NCBI GenBank assembly: GCA_047495785.1
Contig: JBLDXI010000015.1
Coordinates: forward strand, 3,596,001 to 3,660,000
Source of the DNA: Lepidodermella squamata
Lineage: Eukaryota; Animalia; Gastrotricha
Reading direction: 5' to 3'
DNA: 64,000 nucleotides
Every line of letters begins with the position of its first letter. Within the stretch, counting starts at the first letter, position 1. Below are positions 10,434 to 24,200 of the stretch, one piece after another. The position numbers were made by a program, and so were the translations under genes. Under the pieces are notes generated by a model that saw only the letters and a list, made by a program, of their open reading frames with translations, made no database searches and was not told where the DNA came from.

Positions 10434-13378
10434 TTTTTATATCTACAATTTTGAAAATAAATATACGAATGGCAACAATTTTGGGTATGACGACAATTGA
10501 AATTCAAGCTTAATTTCGAAACTTCCCGCATTGATGTTAATGTTAACGTTACGTTTATGTTGCCAGCCGGACGTAAAGGCTCGCGCGCGAATTTGAATTT
10601 CTACTTCGAAGAGGCGACCCGTATAGACGACTGAGGGGCATCTCAATTGTCTTTACGGACCATGGTCGCATACTTGAAAGGAAAAATACTACGAACTCTA
10701 TATAGTTAAGGTACAGAGAAAGTAGATATCATATTAAAACAGTCGATTTAGTCCAATATTTACAAGCATCTGAAATTTAATAAGCGAGACCTCGGCGAGA
10801 CGAGTCCAGACGGTTGGGGGCAAAGTATGAAAGGAAACGATTATTTAATTACTCTTACCTTGGCTCCATACTCCGTATAACTGTGACAGTGTGGCTTCGG
10901 TCTGTTGACCTTAATAAAGATTGAAAACCGGCGTCAGCTCACTTCCGATTGCATGAATAATTATTATGAATTTGGCCGTGATAGTTATCATCGTCCTTGA
11001 AGCCTCAAGATGCAAGCGGCCAATCCTCAAACACAACCCCAGGTGAAACATACCCGTTTCCCGTTTTAAGAGACAAATGCAACATGCGGCCCGACGATTG
11101 CCCATACTTTTCTTCATTTTAGCTACGTCTGATAATATGTGACACTGAAAAGGAATTGTACCAATATAATTACAGCCAAGAATGAGAGGAAGTTTTATTT
11201 TTATCATATATTCTTTGTTTACTGTCTCGCTGTCTTGCATGAAAAGCGGTTATTTGAGGAATCATTACGGCAGTCTCCGCCGGCACCTAATATAAATGAA
11301 CTGAAAATAATAATTACAGATTTTCCTGGTTCCTATCAGACTAAAGAGCTAATAAACTAGACAGCTAAATTTTATAAAGTCTTGTTCTATCGTTTGCAAT
11401 AATCACGTTAACGGAAATTGTTTCTCGATGGGGTGAATTTTCAAGAAGTTGTTGAAATTTATGTAGGTTGCAACCCGAAAAAAGACTAGTCAGCATTTTC
11501 AGGTGATTAAATAGCGGCATCGTTTTTATTCAGAAGGACACCTCTCAGGTGCAAAGTGCTGTGACACTCGACAGATGTCAATGTCTAGCTTTATATGTGG
11601 TTGATCGTTGACACAGATGCTAGACCTATGTGAAACCATGCAACAAAAATGGAGCGACGTGGTAAATAAAGCAGGCGAGCTTTTGATTCGATTCGATTGG
11701 TGATTTAGATAAATTACTTTAGGTTCACCTGAATCTTTAGCCAAATCGCCCCATGGAAATAAAACGAATTCTAAAATTTCCAGATTTTAAAATGTTTTTT
11801 AAATGACGGAAGAGATGAAAGGGGCCATCGATTTTTATCGGCGTTTGCGTTTCATGGAAGTCCGGAGTAGTCTCTAGACGGATGTCCAGTATAATAGCTA
11901 GAAACATCAAACATAAAAGGAGAAGTGCGAGAGAAATGATTTTTCATCAAAAGTTGTGCTTCTATAAAAAATACTAATCCAACATCCAACTTCCAACTGT
12001 ATATACTCTTTAAGTGGGCAATCGATCATCGCCCAGTGCGATGCGTTGGAACCTTGGTAATAACAACTCAACCTTCAACTGAATTCCTCTTAAAGCCAAG
12101 ATTAAGGCCCATAGCAAAATAGCAAACTAGGTACAAATGAGGAAAAGATTGATAGTTCAATTTTGGAACCCTCGTTTCTGATAGTTAATGCCTAAGCATA
12201 TTTATGCCCAAGTAAATCCATTAAATCCATCTGAAGTTCCATCTGCGGTCTGCGAATGATTTCAGGCCATCGAAATCTGACTCTGACAATGACTGAGCTA
12301 TGACTGAGCTGCCACCACGCAAGCTATCTTATGTGTTTCAAAACCATGAAAGGATCAGATAATATTTTACAATCTTGTTTTTTCGGTCGAAAGTGCCTGG
12401 CTTGAGTACAAAACGCGACGACTCTTGGCATGTGTCAATGCCTAACTTCAAATGCGGTTGATTGTTAGCACAAGGAAAATACTTTCAACCCGTAATAAAA
12501 GCCAAGAAGCTGTCAAGTGAAACGATGAGCTGCTCTTATTATACCTGGCAGCAAAAAAATAGCGTTCTCTTGACGTTGGCTTTCAAGTTTTTTCTCGCAC
12601 TTGATAACAATAAACCCTACGGATTATAGTTAGCGTAAGATATGTAAGATAGTAAGTACCTATCCATCGATTACCTTCAACCCCAATCGGTTACGCAAAA
12701 CAAGAAGTGGCGTGACCTGATGTGTGAAAGTAAACACAATAATCTTTGGGTTTGCGTGCAGTCTTCTCTGCCTACAACATTGACAAATTGACCCATCATC
12801 ATCTGTCGTGCATATCTTGAATTAGTAGACATATTAGCGCTTGAAATATTCAACTAAAAAATGCGATTACCATATTTTACTATATACTGAATAGCAGTGC
12901 AGATTGAAGCCAGCTATAGCGCTGCCACAGATGTTATAGTAATAAAACAAATGATGTGAAAAATCTATCAGCAAGCGGCCCATTTTTTTACGTATAACCA
13001 GTATATCAGTCTGCTGCGTATGTTCTGCAAGGTGAGCGAAAATAGAATTTCTGTATAACTCTATTACGCCGTTTTTTGTTGCGACAGCTCATAGGCATAA
13101 ATAACCACTGGGGAAAAACCCTGCTGAGAAAATATGTAATATTTCTCGCTCATATACCTCGCATATACATACCTATTTCGCGCTACTGCGCTGGCATTTT
13201 GCTCTCTCTGAGAGCTGAAAGGGTCATTTCAACAGCGCGCTGACCAATAAATTATCCACCTCTTTCGCATGCCATCCCATCGCCGGCAATTAAAAGCGAC
13301 CGTTGTTTTGATCCCGCTCACTTTTCACGCATTTCAAGATTTCAACATCTGCTACAAAACTTAGATTTGTTTATCAGA

Positions 13379-14502
13379 ATGGAGAATGATTTTACACAGA
13401 ATTTGTTAAATATCGGAAACGGCACGTGCTACACCATCGCTCTGCCTCGGAATGAGACGCTTGAGAGGACGATTTTCGGCACTGCCCTACCAGCCTGTTG
13501 CCTTCTTGGATTAATTTTCAACATCCTCAGTCTTATTGTTTTTCTCGACCGGCGAAGATTACCAGCTCCGACTTACATTTACCTATCCGCCTTAACTGTC
13601 GGGCACTGTATAGCTCTGATTGGCAAGGCTGGTAATTTGGTATCGGTCCACCACTTTCAAGATTCGATACTGGCGAGTTATGCCGTCTCATTCATTTTCT
13701 GGCCCACTTCAAGTTTCGGATCAGCCCTGTCAGCTTGTTTACTCATGGCAGTCTCAATCGAGCGGTTCATTTTCGTGAGAAATCTCCAGCCATTGTCGCC
13801 GTTGGTTAACGCGGAGAGGCAGAAGACGGCTCGTTTTGTCATCGCGGTCATCACCCTACTAGTCCTGGCTATCAACCTACCACGAATGACAGCTTACAAA
13901 TTTAACGGCAGCGAATGGTGTTACGAGTTCAGATGGCCAACTCAAACTTGGGGCTGGTTTTCAATCTACATTGTTATATGGATTTCTTTGCTCAATTGTA
14001 AGTGATTCAAATCAGCAAATGAAGTATTATCTCGAATTTTAATGTAGGTTGCCTGATTGTTATGGCCATATTTAAATTCTTGTTAATCGACGTTCTCTGC
14101 CGTAAGAAGGCGACCAGTCTTGTCGGCAAGAAGCAGCCTAACAGGAGAGGAAGGATCGAGCAACGTCGGCTGACAATCGCGCTCGTTTTAATCATTTTCT
14201 TCTGTTTGGTGATCGAAATCATTTCCCTTCTCGTAAGCCCTGTAATGGTCTCTGTAGTATGGGCTAATCTCATCGAACCTCTGCAAGACGTTGCCTGGCA
14301 ATCTCTGGCGGTGAAATGTGCGATGGCCTTGTCTGTGTTAGAATACAGTTTGGTCGGTCCTTTTTCGCTGATGTTCAACACGGGTTTCCGACGAACCTTT
14401 GGACTCGTGCTTTGTCCAAGGCCGCGATCGAGTGAACAGTCAAGCAGCTGCTGCGGTCGTGATGATGACTCGGCTGGTGAATCTCTTATGGAAAAATCTT
14501 GA
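13379..14502 (+). CDS. Class A GPCR (FMRFamide-receptor/Srw-like), paralog 1
   Basis: Two exons (phase-1 intron ~13998-14047); LPAPTYIYL, SIERF, NLPRM, 7 TM segments. Confidence 0.88.
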
Positions 14503-16532
14503 TTTTTTTCAACCTTTTTCAACTGCCTTAGTAAAATCAAGATCGGTTTAGTGACTTTGCTTGTTTGCATGAATTCATTGACCTAGTCAATTGACTAATG
14601 AAACGTGCTATCTCCTGCTGATAGTGATAGCAGGTTTTGTTCCAAATACTGATGAGGTGCCCTCAAAGTTCAGATGACGGTCATCCTAGGCATTTTCTGC
14701 TTAAACTTGCGGAGGCCCATGAGCTCCGCGAATCAACTGATCATGGCAGTATTTTAGATTTATTATTCAACGTCCTTCCCACTAAAAATTAAGTTGCTAC
14801 CAGACCTTCCCGAAGTACAGAAGATAGCGACAAAAGCAACCGACACTTCTATAAAGGGACTGTGAACTTCGTGGTGAAATTATTTGGCTTCCAAAATTTG
14901 AAATAATGTACAAAATCATTCGACTGGAAATGAAAGATGAAGTTGCAAACCGTCCCTTCCGCAACGGACAAGAATGACCTTTGTCTTTTTTCAAAAATAT
15001 ATATATATCAATAATACAGCATATATACGGGGGAATTTATCACGTGTCGCACCCCGTCTTTTGTCTGAGATAACCCCCGGATTAATCTCAGTCAAAAGAC
15101 AGTTTGCGACACACATAGTGGCCTGACAGGCACGAAAGGGTGGGGCAACAATGACGTAAGAAGACGCACAGGGAACAGAGGTGGAAGCGAAAATGAAAGA
15201 GGCAGAAAACGAATGGCGGAACATTGGGCGAGAAAATTGGGAGACTAAAATGCACCTGCCGAGCTCTGTCACCGCAATGGTTCGGCAGGGCCATCCGAAA
15301 CGACTGATCCAAAGGTTCGTATTACAACAATAAAAGGCGGACGCATCATCTTGCTGAGCAGGATCGTAAATGATAAAACACTGACAGCTATTTAGGATTT
15401 TAATCACATCACTTGTGATCAACCTTATTAGCCCGATTTCAGGCGAGGCCAAATAAAACATGGGTAAAGTTGCGAAATCTATCGAAAACACTTGATCCAT
15501 GCCTCATAGTCGTCATGGTCGCGTGACTGATCCACTTTAAAACCGTCAGCATACCCGTTATTACTCAGTTATTAGCTAATTACTTCGCCATCCGTCCATA
15601 GCAAACATCTGGTTCGCTGAATCGCAGATGACGGGGCAACAAACCGATTTCGCCATGCTGATTTAGCGCTCTCACGATTTGACGTATTTTGCCACCCCAC
15701 GCGCAACTGTCGTGAGTCGAGCACTTCGGACAGCGGCGGAGAGAAAATAGAAAAGTCGGACATAATTTTCCGCACCTTGAACCTGATAAGGCGCCCGGAG
15801 CACTATGGACACTGGATACTGAACTTCGGACACACCCGTGGGAACCGAAGCGCCGTCCGAAACGCTTTTGAAAATTGGAGTAAGATTCACCCCTTTTAGC
15901 CCTCACAGCTCGCTATACATTACTATAGCACTATTGAAGCTCGAAGCTCCTTCAAAAAAATGTCTAGCGATCCACGTATGCAGTGAACAAATCAAGTTGA
16001 TACCTGTGCAAAAGGCTTACAACTTTTATGGAGCTTTGGCAAGGATTAATCCATATAGTTACGCGTCAAAATCTCCAGCACCTTACACCAACTAATACTT
16101 ATGAATATTCGATATTATATTAGTTCTCTTATGCAAGTTTCACTCATTATGGGCCTTGAGAACGTCACAGCACAGAGAACTAGGAGCTAATAAGCATTAT
16201 TGAAATTTTAGTTATTCAATTTACGTGTTCAATCAAGTATGATTTTGACCTAGAATTGTTTATAGTTATTTTTACTGCATTATCCTTTCATGAATTACGA
16301 TTCTTCCCGTGGGGTTGAATAGCTGGAAATTAATTTAATAGCTGCAATGTCATCTCATCTGCGCAGGGATAATAGCATAACTACGGCATCGAATAGTGAC
16401 ATCGATTTTGCGTAGCTGAAAGCGGAAACAGATGCGTGCCAAAAACATCGATCCTTCTTCTCGCTTCATTCACCTCATCATATTATAAATTTGTGCAGCC
16501 ACCTCGTAGCTTGATTTTTGCTGGAGGAGCGA

Positions 16533-17712
16533 ATGTTCAGCCTAATGAGCTGGGGATCAAACTTACACGACATTGCAAGTAACCTGTACTCTTCCAACGG
16601 AACATGCAATGCTAATGCTGTGACAAGAGGCGACGCGTTCGAATACGCGTTCTTCGGATTTTTCATGCCAGCTCTATGCATCATGGGCCTTATTGGCAAC
16701 ACACTATCCCTCGTAGTATTCACCGACAGAAGATCATTGCCAGCCCCAAGCTACATCTACCTCAGCGCACTGACCGTAGCCCAGTCGCTAGTTCTACTGG
16801 CCAAGTTCATCTATTTGATAGTCGTTGAGCATTTCTGGGGATCTGATTTTGGCGGATTCCTAATATCCAGTGTTAACTGGGCGCTGTCCACGTTCGGGTC
16901 ATCGCTATCTACTTGCTTATTAGCTGAGCTAAGCATTGAGCGGTATTTCTTCGTGACGAACGTATCCCAACCATCTATGCTGGTTAATAGCCACAGACAA
17001 CGATCGGCTAACATTACAATAGCAGTAACATGCATAGCAGTATTCATTGTTAATTTACCGAGAATGTCAGCATTCAAGCTTAATACGGAGAAGTGGTGTT
17101 TGGAGTACCGGTGGGCTACAACGCCTGAAAGCTGGTTTTTCATTTACAGTATCATTTGGACTTCGATCCAGAACAGTAAATAACTCATTTTTAGGTTGAA
17201 GTTGATCGTAACTAATTTTCGATTTTACAGTTTTACTAGTGTTAGCTGCAGTATTCAATGGCTTACTCGTATGGGTCCTATGTAGGAAGCGAGCGCAACT
17301 CCTCGCTGGCTCTCCAAATCGTCGAGCCTGCGACTGCAACGAACAGCGAACCCTTACGCTGAATCTAATTGTCTGTACCGTGTTTATCATTTTTAACGAG
17401 CTGGTCTTGATCATGCTAAGCCCGATGACAATTTGGATCTTCTGGTCTTTTATTGACACAAAAGTGCAAAGAATTGCTGCGCATCCGGTTTTTGTTAAGA
17501 CCTCAGTAACACTTTGCATCTTCGAGTATAGTTTTGTCTTTGTTTTTTCTTACATTTTCAACTCGTCATTCAGAAAGCGATTCAGAAGCTTCATGCCGAT
17601 GAGATGGTCTGTGCGTAAAGAGGAATCAAGGCAGGCAAACTCACAAAAGCTCGTCACAGTCGAAAACGAGGATAAGACCAGTCTTCGAAGAGCTGAATTG
17701 GGAAAAACGTAA
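16533..17712 (+). CDS. Class A GPCR (Srw-like), paralog 2
   Basis: Two exons (intron ~17176-17230); GN.LS, LPAPSYIYL, SIERY, NLPRM. Confidence 0.88.
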
Positions 17713-18228
17713 TAAAAGCCGTGACTAATGGTCCAATAATGTTTTTATCGTGTACTAGAAATGTGGCACTTTACAGTCATGCGGCTCGGAGCCCAGGTGA
17801 TTAGCCAGCCTATAATCTTTGAATGAAAAATAATGTTGCTTTTATTCAACTTTTTATATGCAAAACAATATTTTAAGCTAATCAAATAAGGGCGTAACAC
17901 TGATAGCTTTATCGCAGTTCGTAACGCTAGCTCAAATAATCACGTTAACTGAATCTATCCTTTGTACTCAAGGTCTGACCTTAATTTACTGTAGTAACTA
18001 GTAACTAGCCTATGCATGATAATAGGTCAAATGGGCGGTGGGTGTATCAGTGGTGAAAATAACTGTCGGGTGTCGGCTATTTTTGCGATGGGCGTGTCCA
18101 CAGACTGGCTATTCCCACGGTGTTATCAGTAGGGTATTTATTCATTAATAGACTGTTCAAGTTGCGGGAGAAAAAAACGTTTACAGACACTCAGAATTGG
18201 GAAGCTAACTATTGGATAAAGGAGAAAT

Positions 18229-21200
18229 ATGATAATAGCAGCTATTCTCGCAGTCATCTTGACCATTTCACGCACTGAGCGTGTGGTGGCGAATCAGAGC
18301 GATGACATTTTTTCCAAAATAGCGGAGAAATTGATTGGAGACATCATTTTGTATAACGGAACGAACCAAACAAATGCAACAGTATTAACTACAAATGTGC
18401 CACCGTCTTCGAATTCAAGTTCAACGCAACCTTCAAGCCCTGGGTGGCTGAATCAGACCTCAACCTGGCAGCCGTTAAACATGACGTCGACCATTCAGCC
18501 ATCGAATAATACTTCTTCGTGGCAGCCTTCCAATCAGACCTCGACATCGTGGCAGCCGTCGAATATGACTTCGACCATCCAGCCATCAAATCAGACGTCG
18601 ACATCATGGCAGCCATCTAATATGACATCGACTGTCCAGCCATCGAATCAGACCTCGACATCGTGGCAGCCGTCGAATATGACTTCGACCGTTCAGCCAT
18701 CGAATCAAACGTCGACATCATGGCAGCCATCTAATATGACATCGACTGTCCAGCCATCGAATCAGACCTCGACATCGTGGCAGCCGTCGAATATGACTTC
18801 GACCGTTCAGCCATCGAATCAAACGTCGACATCATGGCAGCCATCTAATATGACATCGACTGTCCAGCCATCGAATCAGACCTCGACATCATGGCAGCCT
18901 TCTAATATGACATCGACCATACAGCCATCTAATATGACTTCGACCATCCAGCCATCTAATATGACTTCGACATCGTGGCAGCCTTCTAATATGACATCGA
19001 CCATCCAGCCATCGAATCAGACCTCGACATCATGGCAGCCGTCGAATATGACTTCGACCGTTCAGCCATCGAATCAAACGTCGACATCATGGCAGCCATC
19101 GAATATGACTTCGACTGTCCAGCCATCAAATCAAACGTCGACATCGTGGCAACCTTCGAATCAGACTTCGACTATCCAGCCATCGAATCAGACTTTGACT
19201 TCATGGCAGCCGTCGAATATGACTTCGACCGTTCAGCCATCGAATCAAACGTCGACTTCATGGCAGCCGTCGAATATGACCTCGACTGTCCAGCCATCGA
19301 ATCAGACTTCGACATCATGGCAGCCATCTAACATGACTTCGACCATCCAGCCATCAAATCAAACGTCGACATCATGGCAGCCATCGAATATGACTTCGAC
19401 TGTACAGCCTTCCAATCAGACCTCGACATCATGGCAGCCGTCGAATTTGACTTCGACCATCCAGCCATCGAATCAGACTTCGACATCATGGCAGCCGTCG
19501 AATATGACTTCGACCATCCAGCCATCAAATCAGACCTCGACATCGTGGCAACCTTCGAATCAGACTTCGACCGTTCAGCCATCGAATCAAACGTCGACAT
19601 CATGGCAGCCATCTAATATGACTTCGACCATCCAGCCATCGAATCAGACCTCGACATCATGGCAGCCGTCGAATATGACTTCGACCGTTCAGCCATCGAA
19701 TCAAACGTCGACATCATGGCAGCCATCTAATATGACTTCGACCGTTCAGCCATCGAATCAAACGTCGACATCATGGCAGCCTTCTAATATGACATCGACC
19801 ATCCAGCCATCTAATATGACTTCGACATCGTGGCAGCCTTCTAATATGACATCGACCATCCAGCCATCTAATATGACTTCGACCATCCAGCCATCTAATA
19901 TGACTTCGACATCGTGGCAGCCTTCTAATATGACATCGACCATCCAGCCATCTAATATGACTTCGACCATCCAGCCATCAAATCAGACCTCGACATCGTG
20001 GCAGCCTTCTAATATGACATCGACCATCCAGCCATCTAATATGACTTCGACATCGTGGCAGCCTTCTAATATGACATCGACCATCCAGCCATCGAATCAG
20101 ACTTCGACATCATGGCAGCCATCTAACATGACTTCGACCATCCAGCCATCAAATCAAACGTCGACATCATGGCAGCCGTCGAATATGACTTCGACCGTTC
20201 AGCCATCGAATCAAACGTCGACATCATGGCAGCCATCGAATATGACTTCGACCGTTCAGCCATCGAATCAAACGTCGACATCATGGCAGCCATCGAATAT
20301 GACTTCGACTGTCCAGCCATCAAATCAAACGTCGACATCGTGGCAACCTTCGAATCAGACTTCGACTATCCAGCCATCGAATCAGACTTTGACTTCATGG
20401 CAGCCGTCGAATATGACTTCGACTGTACAGCCTTCCAATCAGACTTCGACATCATGGCAGCCGTCGAATATGACTTCGACCGTTCAGCCTTCTAATATGA
20501 CATCGACCATCCAGCCATCTAATATGACTTCGACTATCCAGCCATCAAATCAGACCTCGACATCGTGGCAGCCTTCTAATATGACATCGACCATCCAGCC
20601 ATCTAATATGACTTCGACATCGTGGCAGCCTTCTAATATGACATCGACCATCCAGCCATCGAATCAGACTTCGACATCATGGCAGCCATCTAACATGACT
20701 TCGACCATCCAGCCATCGAATCAGACCTCGACATCATGGCAGCCGTCGAATATGACTTCGACCGTTCAGCCATCGAATCAAACGTCGACATCATGGCAGC
20801 CATCTAATATGACTTCGACCATCCAGCCATCAAATCAGACCTCGACATCGTGGCAGCCTTCTAATATGACATCGACCATCCAGCCATCTAATATGACTTC
20901 GACATCGTGGCAGCCTTCTAATATGACATCGACCATCCAGCCATCGAATCAGACCTCGACATCGTGGCAGCCTTCTAATATGACATCGACCATCCAGCCA
21001 TCTAATATGACTTCGACCATCCAGCCATCGAATCACACTTCGAATCTGACATCGACCAGCCAGCCTTCAACAACCGAGTCTCCGATTTCATCAATAATTG
21101 CCAGTAGGTTCCATGTTTTTATTTAATCTTCACTTATTCAATTCTATCCGTATTTTCCAGCTGTTGACGCGTCTATGTCCGTCGCTCAGGTGATAGTGAA

Positions 21201-24200
21201 CGGAACACCTGTTTCCTGGTCTCCTGAAATGAGCGATAAAACTACTGATGTGTATCAGCAGACAGCATTAACATTCGAAACTCAGGTAAGATATTTAGTC
21301 CATTCGCCATTCTCCATCTCGCTAAGCTTATGCTTAATTGACAGATTAAGGACATCTACGACCAGGCGAAAATAAAATACACCTCTCTGAATGTCACAAA
21401 CCTTAACCCTGTACAACTAGCTGTTCAACTGTGGACTTCACGGATCCCACGTATTACGAATGAACAAGGAATTACCGCGGATTATTCTGTTGCCGTCGTT
21501 GCTAATGCCGTGGTGTCTCCCGGTGTCACGGCAGATCAGGTTGCAGAGCAGGTCAAAACCTCGGTGGAGACGCAAGTTTCCAAGACAGTCGACACGATGC
21601 AAAGTTCAGGCGAATTGGCTTCTTTCTCGGGATCGGTAGCTTCTGAAGTAAAAAATGTTACGGCGGTAGACGTGACTGTTGAGGAAACTGTGCCTCCAAC
21701 GATCAATCCAACCATTACTCCTTCGAATGAAACAACTTGGCAGCCATCTACGCTGATGCCTTCGAACGAAACATCTACCCAGCGGCCAACATGGCAGCCT
21801 TCTACTCCGATTCCTTCGAATGATTCAACCACATGGCAGCCATCTAGCCCAGTTCCGTCGAACGAAACATCCACCCAGCGGCCAACATGGCAGCCTTCTA
21901 CACCGGTTCCTTCGAACGATTCCACTACCTGGCAGCCATCTAGCCCAGTTCCGTCGAACGAAACATCCACCCAGCGGCCAACATGGCAGCCTTCTACTCC
22001 GATTCCTTCGAACGATTCAACTACTTGGCAGCCATCTAGCCCAGTTCCGTCGAACGAAACATCCACCCAGCGGCCAACATGGCAGCCTTCTACACCGGTT
22101 CCTTCGAACGATTCCACTACCTGGCAGCCATCTAGCCCAGTTCCGTCGAACGAAACATCCACCCAGCGGCCAACATGGCAGCCTTCTACTCCGATTCCTT
22201 CGAACGATTCCACTACCTGGCAGCCATCTAGCCCAGTTCCGTCGAACGAAACATCCACCCAGCGGCCAACATGGCAGCCTTCTACACCGGTTCCTTCGAA
22301 CGATTCCACTACCTGGCAGCCATCTAGCCCAGGTCCTTCGAACGAAACATCCACCCAGCGGCCAACATGGCAGCCTTCTACACCGGTTCCTTCGAACGAT
22401 TCCACTACCTGGCAGCCATCTAGCCCAGTTCCGTCGAACGAAACATCCACCCAGCGGCCAACATGGCAGCCTTCTACACCGGTTCCTTCGAACGATTCCA
22501 CTACCTGGCAGCCATCTAGCCCAGTTCCGTCGAACGAAACATCCACCCAGCGGCCAACATGGCAGCCTTCTACTCCGATTCCTTCGAACGATTCCACTAC
22601 CTGGCAGCCATCTAGCCCAGTTCCGTCGAACGAAACATCCACCCAGCGGCCAACATGGCAGCCTTCTACACCGGTTCCCTCGAATGATACATCAACTCAG
22701 CGTCCAACGCAACCATCAGTTCAGCCGTCAACTCAGCCTGTGACTTCTCTGCAAACCACTGCTACAGCTCAATCCACCATTACTGCAAGTAGGTTTCTTA
22801 ACTGAGTTGTATCACCTTATCGAATGTTTTTTCTTGCTTAGCCGTGGCTGCCTCTATGTCGGTTGCACAAGTCGTTGTTGATGGAACTCCAGTTTCGTGG
22901 TCGAGTGATTTGGCCAACAAGGATTCAGATTTGTACAAGCAGACGTCAGCCGCTTGTGAGTCACAGGTTTGATATCATAATTGAGTTCCGCGTCGATTAT
23001 CAATCAATTTATTTCTTAAAGATAAAAGAGATTTATGACAAATCTCAAATTAAATACTCCTCACTAAATGTAACAAATCTGAGTCCCGCTCCGACTGTGT
23101 CATGGTTGTCCTATTTTACGTCCAATCTGAGGGCCGACCAAGGCATTGCTGCAGACTATTCCGTTGCAGTCATCGCATCAGCCACTGTCCCAGCTGGATC
23201 TTCGTCTGATTTAGTTGCCGAGCAAGTTAAAACTTCGGTTGAGAAACAAGTCGCCGATACCGTCACTGCTATGCAAAGTGCCGGGGAGCTGTCAGCTTTC
23301 TCAGGTTCTGTAACGTCTGAAGTTAAAGAAGTGAGTTCTGTTGAGGTTGTGGCGGAGCCCTCTGGAACGACGCAGCCTCCAAGCACTGCCGCGCCAACCC
23401 AAGGGCCAGCATCGACAAACGCCGCCGATTTGACTACCGTCAGCTCGCAACCAATAACCGCAACAGGTGGCGTTACCACCCAGGCCGCATCTGATTCCAC
23501 AACGTTAGCCCCAACATCTCAAGCATCTAGCACAGTTGCCCCAGTTGTTACCACTCAAGCTACAGCGGGATCTACCCAGCCTCCAACCTCTGCGGGTACT
23601 GCGGGATCTACCCAGGCTCCAACCTCTGCTGGCACTGCGGGATCTACCCAAGCTCCAACCTCTGCTGGTACTGCGGGATCTACCCAAGCTCCAACCTCTG
23701 CTGGTACTGCGGGATCTACCCAAGCTCCAACCTCTGCGGGTACTGCGGGATCTACCCAGGCTCCCACATCAGCTGCCACAGCTGGATCTACTCAGGCTCC
23801 GACATCAGTAGTTACTGCGGGATCTACCCAAGCTCCAACCTCTGCTGGTACTGCGGGATCTACCCAAGCTCCAACCTCTGCGGGTACTGCGGGATCTACC
23901 CAGGCTCCCACATCAGTTGCTACGGCTGAATCAACTCAGGCTCCGACATCAGGTGCTACTGCGGGATCTACCCAAGCTCCAACCTCTGCTGGTACTGCGG
24001 GATCTTCCCAGCCTCCAACCTCTGCTGGCACTGCGGGATCTACCCAAGCTCCAACCTCTGCTGGTACTGCGGGATCTACCCAGGCTCCCACATCAGCTGC
24101 CACAGCTGGATCTACTCAGGCTCCGACATCAGTAGTTACTGCGGGATCTACCCAAGCTCCAACCTCTGCTGGTACTGCGGGATCTACCCAAGCTCCAACC

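Noticed and set aside
10443-13360. Short ORFs between the class C and first class A GPCR
   Set aside because: No motifs, no spliceable model and no repeat structure that I could support.
14600-16100. GC-richer stretch with several overlapping ORFs, possibly a decayed transposon
   Set aside because: The part I translated by hand (~15130-15450, plus strand) and the track ORFs gave no recognisable domain, and I saw no terminal repeats; a translated search against repeat libraries is needed.
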